Below are positions 49,491 through 61,949 of a stretch of DNA of 64,000 nt, piece after piece (within the stretch, counting starts at the first letter, position 1; every line of letters starts with the position of its first letter). The position numbers were made by a program, and so were the translations under genes. A model generated the notes under the pieces. It saw only the letters and a program-made list of their open reading frames with translations, was not told where the DNA came from and searched no databases. Location of the stretch: contig CM082588.2 of NCBI GenBank assembly GCA_040954595.2, positions 11,483,398-11,547,397 on the forward strand, written 5' to 3'. Source of the DNA: Balanoglossus misakiensis (taxonomy: Eukaryota > Animalia > Hemichordata).

Positions 49491-52400
49491 AACAGTCCCT
49501 CTAATGTTATTGATTCTTTAATAGGCCACGCCAATGAAACTGAGATTGTGTTGGAAGGATCCTCGTGTATTGCGCTGATAGACACCGGGTCCATGGTATC
49601 TACTGTTGCTGACACTTTTAACAGAGAGAAGCTACAGAAACCAATTCATGACCTGAACAACTTGGTGAAGGTAGAAGGGGCTAGTGGTACAGAAGTTCCT
49701 TACCTTGGTTATATTGAAGTTGAAGTGAAATTCCCAGATAGCCATGGACAAGAGATGTCTAAAGATATATTATTGCTTGTTGTTGAAGACACGGAATATA
49801 ATCAGATGGTTCCAGTTGTGATAGGCACAAATGTTCTCCAACATTTTGTGGATGAAGATACACAGTACAGTACAGACCTATCCTCAGTATGGAGACTAGC
49901 ATACCAAGCGACTATCCACCGGCAGAGGGCCGAAGGTAGGACATTTACAGTTACCACTACTAAACCCACAACCATTGGACCATACGAACGCACAGTCATC
50001 CATGGATTTTGCAGAGTGGACCTAAGAAATTGTCAATCAGTAGTTGTGGTGGAACCAGAAAATGACAGACTTTTACCTGGTGGTTTACTTGTTACTCCAG
50101 CCGTGTTGAAGTTAGAGCCTCGTGGTAATTCGTGTCGAATCCCAGTAATGGTGACCAACTATGGAGCACGTGCTGTCACAGTTCCCCCTAAAAGCACCCT
50201 ATGTAACATGAACTTAGCATCTAATGTCTCACAGCCTTTAGATCCATATGGAGATGATATTGATACAAACTCAGATGGGACCACCTCACCAAAAGTACCC
50301 GATTGGCTGATAAAAGACCTGGGATTACAAGAGGCAGATACAGAATTAACAGAAATCCAGAAAGACCAAGCCTTGGCTACCATTGGTAAATGGCAAACCG
50401 TGTTCTCTACAGGTGAGAGAGATTTGGGACACACAACATTGGTAACACATTCGATAAAGTTAACGGATGAAACCCCCTTTAAAGATAAATACCGTCGAAT
50501 CCCTATGGGTATGTACGAAGAATTGCAACAGTACCTGCAAGATATGCTACAGAGTGGTGTGATTAGAGAATCAAACAGCCCGTGGTCCTCAAATGTTGTA
50601 TGTGTCAGAAAACCTGATGGGAAGCTGAGGGTGTGTATTGATTATAGAAGTCTCAACGCCAAAACCATTAAAGACGCTTACGCATTACCCCAGGTATTGG
50701 ATACGCTTGATAACCTTAGTGACGCCGAGTGGTTTTCATCGCTTGATCTACGGTCTGGATATTACCAAGTAGAGATGGCGGAAGACGACAAAGCGAAGAC
50801 AGCTTTCACGGTGGGAAACTTCGGCTTATTTGAATTCAACCGTATGTCTATGGGTCTGACCAACGCACCTGCAACTTTCCAGCGTCTCATGGAGAAGTGT
50901 TTTGGAGAATTGGCGTTCAGAGAATGTTGTGTGTATTTAGATGACATCATAGTATTTTCGAAGACTTTTGAAGACCACCTCAATAGATTGGAGCGGGTAT
51001 TCCAGCGGCTGGCATCACATGGATTAAAGTTGAAGGCAACGAAATGTGTTTAATTCCAGAAGAAGGTGAAATATCTTGGACACGTGGTATCAGCCGACGG
51101 AATTACAACGGACCCAGACAAGGTAGCAGCTCTGAAGGAATGGCCAATACCCACTACTGTAACAGAACTGAGAAGATTTCTTGGATTTGCAGGGTATTAC
51201 AGGAGATTTATCCAAAGCTACAGTAATATTGCCAAGCCACTTAACGACTTGCTGTGTGGACGTCAGTCAAGGAATAAGGCGGGAAAATTTGAAAAACTCC
51301 AGTGGGGACAACAGGAACAACAAGCTTTCGACACTCTGAGGAAGAGCCTAATGTCGTCACCAATACTAGCCTTTGCTGACTACTCACTTCCATTTGAAAT
51401 ACATACTGATGCAAGTTCCACAGGTCTGGGAGCAGTGCTGTATCAACGCCAGAAAGGTATTCTCAGAGTAATTGCCTATGCAAGTAGAGGACTCACCAAG
51501 TCTGAAAGTAATTATCCAGCTCATAAATTAGAATTTTTGGCACTGAAATGGGCCGTCACCAAGAAGTTCAACGACTACCTGTATGGAAGCAAATTCACTG
51601 TGTTTACAGACAACAACCCTTTGACGTATGTGTTAACTTCTGCGAAACTGGATGCGGTGGGACACAGATGGTTGTCAGACTTGTCATTGTACGACTTCTC
51701 TATTGTTTACCGGAGTGGTAAGAAGAATATAGAGGCTGACGCTTTGTCTAGGATTCCATGGAATAGAGAGAATCCAGAGACGGAAACCAATCTGGGAGCC
51801 GATGTAGTCCAGGCGCTTTGTCGAGCAACAGAAGGTCCATACGTAACTTCATTCGGAATGGTAGCAGATGAGGACAGACCTGCAGTAGTTCAAGGTGGGG
51901 ATGATGTGTTCTGGAAGACGGAGCAGTCCAAAGATTCAACAATACGGTATGTGACTGATCAGCTTGAAAAGGACCACAAACCACTTATGAGATATCATAC
52001 AGGAGATATCAGACTACTTATACGAGATTGGAAACGCCTTGTTCTGAAGAATGGAGTCCTATACAGGAAATGCTTCATCGATGATATACAATATTTGCAA
52101 CTTGTCTTACCAGTACACCATAGAAAAGATGTCCTGGAGGAACTACATGATAAACTTGGACACTTTGGCCAAGATAAAACCCTGGATCTGGTACGACGAA
52201 GATTCTACTGGCCTAGGATGTCGATGGATGTTCAAAAGAAAGTGGAACATTGTTTACCATGCATTCGCAGGAAAAGTTCAACTTCCTTACCCAGAACTCC
52301 CTTGGTTAATATTCACACATCACAACCGATGGAAATGGTGTGCATCGACTTTCTCCATATACCAACACCAGATCAAGGATATAGCAACATATTAGTGATG

Positions 52401-53696
52401 ACGGACCATTTCACTCGATACGCTATAGCAGTACCTACAAAGAACCAGTCTGCCAAAACAACTGCCAAAGCATTGTTTGAACATTTGATTTTGCATTATG
52501 GGTTCCCAGGACGATTACACAGTGACCAGGGGCGAAACTTTGAGTCGTCTACAATTCAGGAACTTTGCCGAATAGCAAATATTAAGAAGTCCAGGACCAC
52601 TCCATACCACCCCCAGGGAAATGGAATGTGCGAACGATTTAATAAGACGTTATTACAGATGCTTGGAACTATGAATGAAGACAACAAAACAAGATGGGCT
52701 TCACATGTCAATACGATGGTTCATGCCTATAATTCTACAAAGCATGAAAGCACCGGATATTCACCTTTCTTTTTGATGTTTGGTCGTGAACCAAGACTGC
52801 CTATAGATGTATCTGGACATGCAGACCAGACCAACCTAGAATATGGTGGAACAGTTTCAGATTATGTGACGAAACTTGCCGAACGGTTGGATTACGCCTA
52901 TAAAGTAGCAACGGAACGGTCTGTTAAGTCTGGTGAACGGCAGAAGAAGTCATATGATAGAAAAGTGAAGGTGGCCATAATACAACCTGGTGATACTGTG
53001 TTGGTGAAGAATACAGGACCTAAAGACAATTACAAATTGGCAGACCAATGGGAAAAGGATCCATATACAGTGATTTCACAGCCCATAGAAGACATTCCAG
53101 TATACGTGGTACAAAAACAAGTTAAGGGTGGAAGGAAGCGGACACTACATAGAAATTTGCTACTCCCAATACCAATAATTCCGGACGAACTGGATGACGA
53201 TGTTAACACCAAGATGACGCAGCGTGATGTTAAGCAGAGTGTACCGGGTGTTATCAACGATGCTACCCAGGATGCAGTGGACGAAGATGATGACGGCATT
53301 GGTAAATTGCAATTCGTGTCAACTATCAACTTGCCAACAGAACACAATGCTCTTAATCCTACTGCTGCAGAATTCATCCCATCCAGAAGAGAAAATTCCC
53401 TGATGGACAACCCCACAAGTATGGTTAATCCGGATGGACCTTCTCAAGTACTTACCTCAGATTTCTCGAATCATATTTTGCAAAGTACGGATGGTTGGTC
53501 ATCGAGCGATCCAGATGGTATCACTCCTGCTACAACCAACATCAGTCCTGACTCCAGTAGTAGTACTCAACCTGAACCACGCTATCCTACACGACAGAGA
53601 CGACCTCCAGATAGATATAGTCCCGAACAATGGAATCTAAAACAGTTTGCTCATACGACTTTATCTTCTATACCATTTATTAATTGCCACTATTAA
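49440..53696 (+). pseudogene. pol: Gypsy C pol (PR, RT, RNase H, integrase) with one in-frame TAA at 51051-51053
   Basis: Motifs LIDTGS; YLDD; KCV*FQKKVKYLGH; IHTDAS; HDKLGH...CLPC; IDFL, HSDQGRNFES, NGMCERFN. The two listed ORFs share one frame. Confidence 0.93.
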
Positions 53697-53755
53697 TCAA
53701 ATATCTTTAACTTACTTTAAATAACGAGGACGCCATTTCTCCTCGCAGGGGTGCG

Positions 53756-54397
53756 TGTAACGGCCTTGTTGATCCATTGAATTTGTATACATGTATATCT
53801 GTATGTATGTTATACCTGTATCTTATAGTAATTAGTTATTCAATTATTCATATGACGTAATAGTACTTACCTTCAATTGGTTGATCTTAATTATATGCAA
53901 ACCACCTGGAAGTTTCATTTGACCAATGAACACAAGCTAATCTGGCACTATGATGTAATTGCTGATATAAAAGGACATGGTGCATAAAATTGGTCAGTTC
54001 ACCTCTGTAGCCAGACCGGCCACACACGTTGGAACTGACATGTATTTGTTCCATTTCAGGTTAGTTTCCTTGTACCTTACCTGTTGCTTGAAGCTTTGTA
54101 TTTTGGTGCATTCTACCGACTCATTTCAGCACAAGTAATTGGTGTCTTTAACTTGCGTCAATTTTCCAATTGTATGTCTATATTTTTCACTTGCATGAAT
54201 TTTGGTGTATTCTGTTGGAGGTGAACTCCCATACATGTGTGTAATTTAGCAGTTCACCTCTGTAGCCAGACCGGCCACACACGTTGGAACTGACATGTAT
54301 TTGTTCCATTTCAGTTATTAAATGTAAGGCCTATGTCTTTGTTACCCGTAACCTGTTTGGTGTGAATATGTTGGAATGAACGGCGACAACCGTGACA
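53756..54397 (+). repeat. Gypsy C 3' LTR (642 bp)
   Basis: Matches the 5' LTR; preceded by a short PPT-like GCAGGGGTGCG. Confidence 0.96.
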
Positions 54398-54401
54398 ATT
54401 G

Positions 54402-54842
54402 TTAGAGGATTCTCTCCGTTGGATTTTGGAAGCGGATCGACGCGACTGTTGAGTGCGGGACAGCGCCCTCATCGCCAGAACTCGATTGTGCGTCACGTTC
54501 GTTTATAAACTGTTGAACTTTGACCGGACTCGCGGCAGGTTGTGCCACGCCAGTTTTCTTCAGGAAGGTGTTACTTGTTAATGAAACAGGTTTTGATAGA
54601 GCTCTTGTTACATCTCTGATGTTGATAGACTTACTATTAATTATACTTCTTTCATTGGATATAAAGTGTCTTTGTGTCATTTTGTCCACACCCCCTTCAC
54701 TCGCCCTGTGTTCCCAAAGCTACCGCAATCACCACGAATCCTACGACCCAACTCACATGAACGAAACTTGTTGATTACCCTTGTCGAGTTTGCTCACGCC
54801 CAGCTAGCCCATCGTTTTTATTGGAATTTTGCAAGGGTAACA
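54402..54842 (+). repeat. Gypsy B shared middle LTR2, right part
   Basis: Matches the last 441 bp of LTR1 (935+441=1376); followed by the PBS. Confidence 0.96.
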
Positions 54843-55159
54843 TCTGGCGCCTACCAACGTGGGGCTGGATTGGAAAGTTTTCCCAGTAGAGTTTTGTCAT
54901 TTTACTGTTTCTTACAAATTGACAACAGGGAAGGACGACATTTTGATTCAGCCCATTGAGGTTTGGTTTTGCGGTCGAAAACACAGGACGAGCAGGGTTG
55001 GACGAGTGATACACTTATTGATCGAGCAGGAAATTAAGTACATGTGCCATTGCCTTTGATTTATGGAACACCGACCATTCATAGTTTCCAAACGCTTTCA
55101 ATTTTTGTGAGTGTTATTGTAGACTCGAGTTATCGACAGATTGCTCTCGAATTTGAAAC

Positions 55160-58100
55160 ATGGAGGACGCACAAGAAACTGTTGTTAGGGTGAAGAAAGA
55201 GGAAGATGGCGAGGTGAGTATGGCAGCGAAGGGGGGCCCTGAATCTGACCCAAGGGATAAAGAAAATGACACTACTGATGATATTAAAGGGGATAAGTCT
55301 GTTGAACATGGATCAATGACAATGACACCCACTGGGGGAGGCAGCGTTTCTAAATTATCCCAGGGGACAATACCTAAACGGGGAGGTGGCCGAGGCGTAT
55401 ATTCTCCACTTAGGGGCCGATTGAGGAAACCGGCAGGTGTGCACCCGCAATCTTTGAAAGATTATAGTTTGACAGAAAGCGCGGCACAATTTGATGATGA
55501 GCGCGAACGGTTAGTCGAATTGGAAAGCGAGCTAAAATCTCTTCTTGAGCGTGAGCACAGACGCAATAGAGAAATCGAATCCGAGGTTTCGCCACAGCAT
55601 AGTAGTAACAAAACCGAGGAACGTCATGAGTACGAGCCGACACATCGAACATTTGCCGAAGTGAATTATACAGCACCACGGGTACCGAACTTTACCGGCG
55701 ACCATAAAGGCAAGGATAGTATGTCATATGAGTCCTGGTTGAGGGAGGTACAGAGTATGAGACAGAGTGGCGTTCATAGCGATCGCGTACTGCGACAGGC
55801 CGTTCGGAAATCCATACGTGGTGAAGCGAGTGAGATCATACTAGGTTTGGGAATCGACCCGTCCATTGAAAAGATGTTGAATAAACTAGAAACTGTGTAT
55901 GGTGTAGTTGTGTCTACGGCTACATTGAAGCGGCAGTTGTACAATGATTTTCAGAAGGAAGGTGAGTCAGCAGCGTCATTTGCATGTCGCGTCGAGATAA
56001 ACCTGAGACGTATATATGATCGCGGAGGTGTCCGCGAGAGCGAAATGGATTTGATTCTGCGTACTACCCTGTGGGAAGGACTGACAGACCTGCGAGTGAA
56101 AGACATCGCCAGGCATCGGTATGAAAATGCCAAGAATTTTGATGAGTTGCTACGGATCATCCGTGTTGCTGAACAAGAAGTACAGGGAGCGCATGGACGG
56201 AAAACTGGAGAGAAGTTGGAAGATAGGCGAAAGAAGACAAGAGGACATAGAGCGGTGAAGCAACAGCAGGAAGTGTCTGAGTCGGATTCCGACAATGAAG
56301 AGCGTTCAAACAAAAAGAAACCACGTGACCACGAAAGTGATGAAATGTATGTTAAAATGACTGCGATGTTGAAAGCGATGCAATTACAACAGGAACAGGT
56401 GAAGTTGGCTATGGAACAGCAACGAAAGGAACATGCCGCTGGAATGGAAGAGATCCGGAATGCTCGTGCAACAATGATGGTCTCATCAAACGGCGTGTCT
56501 CGACCACGTGATGTTGCCGCACGGATTTCACAGGAACCAGACTCGAGACGAGGAACCCCAAATCAAAGTGACGAACGAAGTGGAAACAAGAGTGGAGAAA
56601 AGCCATTCACTTGCTACAACTGCAATGGGGAAGGTCACATGTCACATGAGTGCAAGCAGCCATGTGGTAGATGTAAAGAAGAAGGACACACCTCTGCAAG
56701 TTGCCCAAAAAGAAAACGCGCATCTGTGAAAGCCAAGAGCATGACGGGAAGACGACGATGTGAAAAGAACCCAAAGAGAAAAGGTAAGCCAAGATCCATT
56801 GATGGACGGATTGTTGGTCCATTGAATGAGCAGTACGCCTTTGTGAATGGAAGGAAATGTTTGGCTCAAGTGGACACAGGATCACAAGTTACCATGATCA
56901 GTGAAGACTACTATCGTCGATACTTGTCCGATGTGCCATTCACTCCGTTGGATGAAGTTCTCGAGATCGCAGGTGTAACTGATGATGTTGTACAGTACGT
57001 TGGTGTGATAGAGGTTGAGGTTAGCTTCCCTAGTCACGTCTTCAATGATGATACCACTTTCAGTCTATTGGCACTGGTAGTGAAAGGAACTGAGAACAAT
57101 GATCGAGTGCCGGTGTTGGCGGGAACCAACTGGTTGAATCGTTACATGACGATGAAGATGTTGAACGATGGTGGTAGGACAATGAGCAGGATGAAGCCAG
57201 TAGCGAGAAGGGCTATTGCAACCCTACGCGCTCGTGAACAGTTCTATGGACCATACGGAAACATGGGAGTAGTGCGAGCGGCAGTAAGCGAACGGGTGAC
57301 ACTGGAGCCACGTACTGCACATACCATTCGAGGGAGCATGAAGGCTGGTCCCAAAGGAGAGAAACATGAAGTGCTGTTAGGTGATGACTGTGACTGGAAT
57401 GAACACAAAGGATGGACTCTGAACCCTATGGTGACGATCGCTGAGTGTGGGAAACGCTCGTCAGCCGTGCCTGTGGTAATAAAAAATGAAACTGACAAAC
57501 CCATCGTCATCAAGCCGAGACAGGTTGTTGCTACAGTGAAGGCGGTACGAGGAATAGAAGTGCAGCCGCGAAGGGACACCAAGGATAATGGAATTCACGA
57601 CGAACCTTTGGAAGCGAGAGAGGTGACGGTTGGAGGATTGTCCTTTGATGTGACCGGTTCACCGGTTGACCAGGATCAGATGATAAAGATACAGGATGTT
57701 CTTGAACGTAACATTGGATCATTTTCGACCAGTGACGGCGACCTAGGAAGATGTACGATCCACAAACATGAGATCAACTTGAAAGATGAACGTCCAGTCA
57801 AACAACCGTATCGTCGGATTCCTCCAGCTTTATATGACGAGATCCGAGTGCAGATAGGAGGAATGTTGGACAATGGGGTGATACGACCATCAAAAAGTCC
57901 TTGGTCTTCTCCTCTCGTCCTTGTGGCAAAGAAAGACGGAACCACTCGTATATGTGTAGATTATAGACGTCTGAATGCGCAGACGACTCCTGACGCGTAT
58001 GCTCTACCTCGTATTGAGGAGGGACTGGATGTTTTGAGTGGCGCGAAATGGTTTACATCGATCGACTTAAAAAGTGGATTTTGGCAAATAGCTATGTCGG

Positions 58101-61100
58101 AGAAGGACATCCCAAAGACAGCGTTTGCCACCCCATTCGGTTTCTACGAATTTGTTGTAATGCCCTTCGGACTCATGAACGCCGGAGCTACATGTCAACG
58201 CGTCGTGGAACAATGTATAGGAGATTACAACATGAGGATTTGCATGGTCTACATGGATGATGTGATTATCTTTTCTGAAACATTCGAGGAACATGTGGAC
58301 CGAGTTGACAAGGTTCTCAAGCGACTACGAGAATGTGACTTGAAGATAAAACATACCAAGTGTCAGCTTTTTCACGAAAAGATAAAGTACTTGGGACATG
58401 TAGTGTCGTCAAATGGAGTTGAGACCGACCCCGACAAGACGGAGGCATTGAGGACATGGCCAGTACCCACCAACGTGAAAGAGCTGAGGACATTCTTAGG
58501 ATTTACGGGGTATTACCGTTGATTCGTACAGGGATACTCATCGATTGCCCGACCATTGCACGCTTTGACCGTAGGTTACCCAACGAAGAGGAAAAATGGG
58601 GGAGAAAGGAAACGACCACCCCCATACCAGTGGACAGATGCGTGCCAGGAAGCCTTCGAGCTGATCATTGACAAGCTGACTTCAGCTCCGGTTTTGGCCT
58701 ACGCCGACTATACGCGACCGTTTGAGCTTCACACAGACGCGAGCTTGACAGGACTAGGAGCTGCCTTATACCAGTCAATCGAAGAGGCAGATGGACGAGA
58801 AAGACTGCGACCAGTTGCGTATGCCAGCCGGAGCCTCACTGCCAGTGAGAAGAACTACCCGGCCCACAAGCTGGAATTTCTGGCTTTGAAATGGTCTGTT
58901 ACGGAAAAGTTTCGTGATTACTTCTTTGGCAATGATGTCACGGTATTGACCGACAATAATCCACTGACATACGTAGCAAGTACAGCGAAACTTGATGCGA
59001 CAGGACAGAGGTGGTGGAATGCTTTATCTCAGTATAAATTGAAGATTCACTACCGACCCGGCCTAAGGAATGGTGATGCGGACGGGCTCTCGCGACGACC
59101 TGATGGCAGGGCTCAAGGATTTGATGAGTCTGAGAGACGTTTCCAGGAAACTGTAGCGATGACTCCTGATGAGGTGCAGGCAGTGGGGGAGCCATGTTTG
59201 TCTGATGGAGATGAAGATACACCATGGATTGAAGCCTTAGCTGCCTCAGCACGAGCGATACCAAAGGACATGGATGAACCGCCGGGGATGCCAGGAGAAG
59301 CAACATTACCTACGATTGCGATGGACCAATGGGCGAAGTTACAGGACAGGGATGTGACCGTACGGCGCATACGAGCCTTGGTTCACGCGAAGACTGGGGG
59401 TAAAGGTAAACTGACAAGGACACAGCGAGCACAGGAACCGCGAGAAGTCAGAATGGCACTGAGAGATTGGAGTAAATTCTGTTTCCGTGATGATGTTTTG
59501 TATAGAGCGAGGACATCATCTAGTGGAGAGGTCTACTACCAATTGGTGCTACCACACGAGTTTCGCCAGGAGGCAATGAAAGGGGTGCACGACGACTGTG
59601 GACACCTGGGACAGGATCGAGCGATTGATTTATTGAGGGCTAGGTTTTATTGGCCTCTTATGTCAGCTGATATGAAGAAATACATTCGTACATGCAGGAG
59701 ATGTACTCGAAGGAAGGACGAGGCGGGATTAAAGACACGTGCTCCGATGGTGAGTATTGAAACTTCACAGCCCCTCGAACTTCTATGCATGGATTTCTTG
59801 AGCCTTGAAGAGAGTAAAGGAGGGACCAAAGACCTGTTGGTAATTACTGATCACTTCTCGAAGTTTGCTGTAGCCATACCTACACCGAACCAGACCGCGA
59901 AAACGACAGCCAAGAACCTATGGGAACACTTCATGCTACCATATGGATGTCCGGAACGAATCCTGTCTGATCGTGGTCGGAATTTTGAGTCGCGAGTGAT
60001 ACAGGAATTGTGCCAGTTACTAGACATCAAAAAGTCACGTACCACGCCATACCATCCCCAAGGAAACGCTCAGACTGAAAGATTCAACTGTACTCTCCTT
60101 AATATGTTGGGTACGCTCGAGAACGAGCAGAAGGCTAGATGGAAGGATTATGTGAAGCCGTTGGTACATGCGTACAACTGCACTGTTCATGACACGACGG
60201 GTTTTACACCTTACCAATTGTTGTTCGGAAGACATGCGAAGATAGCACTGGATGTGCGATTCGGAACGTCACCAGAAAGCAGGGATCCTACGACGCCGAC
60301 AAAGTATATCGCCGACTTGAGATCCAGGATGGACAAAGTATTTTAGATTGCGAAACGAGCTGCAGAGAAGTCAGCCCAAGAGAGTAAAGAGCGCTATGAC
60401 CAGAAAGTTAGAGAGGTGGTGCTTAAAGAAGGTGATCGAGTGTTACGCAGGAACGTGAGTATACGAGGTCAACACAAGATCGCCGATCGGTGGGAGGAAA
60501 GTCCATATGTTGTGGTGAGAAGGCTGAGTCCTGATTTGCCAGTATATGTTATACGTTCAACGAAAACCTCGAAGACACAGACGGTCCACAGGAATTTGCT
60601 GAAACCTTGCTGTGATCGACCGCTGTTGAGTTATACAGAAGACGAAATGAGTGAACGCTCTCAGGATAGGGCCATTCCTGAGAGTACGGAGTCGGAACGA
60701 AGTTCATCCTCACAGAGTGAACGAGGCTATGTGCTCAATCCTGAATCGCGACCCTTTAGGCCTGGGAGAGTTAGACCTGTGCGCTTAGAAGGTACAACTG
60801 AAGTTACCCTTAATTCTATGGACAGAAGCGACAACGATGCATGTGTGAGCGTGGAACAAGATTCTCCTGAACCGAGCATGATGGATATGAGCGATTCTTC
60901 AGGGCAGGTGCAAAGCCCTGATGATCCTGTAACAGGCTTGCGTGCAGATAGTATGGACGTATCGTCTGCTGGGAAGTCCGATGGAATTGCTGACAGAGCA
61001 GAAGTGACACATCAAAATATTCCTCTGAGTGATGTAGGTGTGAATATCACTGATGCGTCGATTAGTAGTGGAAATGTAGGAACTAGGAAAGAGACTATGG

Positions 61101-61456
61101 GGAAGGAGCAACCAGTGGGAAGTGACTTAGCTGATACCCATGGTGATTGTTCTGACGCTGACGAGGAGTCGTCGATTGCCGAGGAAGGAGGAAGTGTGGT
61201 CCGACCTATGCGTCGATCAACGAGAACTCGAAGACCACCCAAGTACTATGGATGGTGCTCACGATTGGTCAAACGTGACAAAGGTGGTAGAAGCACTTTG
61301 AGGAATTCTAGTATTGGGAAGAGGCCATCTTTTGATTTACCGAGGATTGATCATGAGGATGAAGTTTCTCATGGAAGACTGACCTCGTCGAATAGCAGAA
61401 ACCACGACATAACCATGAAAATACTCGAAATGATGGCCAGTGGAATATACATGTAA
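55160..61456 (+). pseudogene. gag-pol: Gypsy B copy 2 gag-pol, two nonsense mutations
   Basis: Collinear with copy 1 and YMDD intact. AGA>TGA at 58520-58522 and CAG>TAG at 60344-60346; otherwise one frame of 2098 codons. Confidence 0.95.
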
Positions 61457-61949
61457 GTATAGGGAATGTGGATGTAGGGGTGTACGCTGGATTCACATTA
61501 GCTATTCTTGACTGTATCTGATACGTGCTTAATGCCAGGTAAGTAAGGGTGCGGTTCGAAGGTTGCTTTGTGTACCTTTGCAGATTTGCTATTTAGATTA
61601 GCCGCGTCATAGGGTCCTGCGCCTCCTGCGTTGCCCAGCGAACTCTGCGCGCTTACATTTTTCTGATTACTCTTTCAGGTTCACTGATCGAGACTCTGCC
61701 TACCCTACTGCAACAGGATTGTGTAGCTTGTTTCATCGAAAGTGCATCTGAGGATGACTCGAGTCACTCGTTTTACAGGCACGATGCCTATGCCGACGAG
61801 AATGTTTCGATATTGAGTCTCGTTGATGTAGTGTTTGTATTTACGCTCATGTTCTGTGTTTCATTGTCGAACGAAGGCAAACTTATTGAGCTTGTTTTTT
61901 GTCGGGAAGTAAGCATAGTAAATCGTCCCTATGCTGACTTGGGGCAGTG

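Larger units (their letters stand above)
46328..54397 (+). mobile_element. Ty3/Gypsy element C nested in Gypsy B LTR2; very young
   Basis: 4-bp TSD ATTG (46324-46327 / 54398-54401), TGTAACGG...CCGTGACA ends, two 642-bp LTRs with no difference seen by eye, PBS, gag and pol. Confidence 0.97.

Noticed and set aside
38875-53416. Numerous antisense and alternate-frame ORFs overlapping gag/pol
   Set aside because: Shadow ORFs expected opposite long coding frames; no independent evidence.
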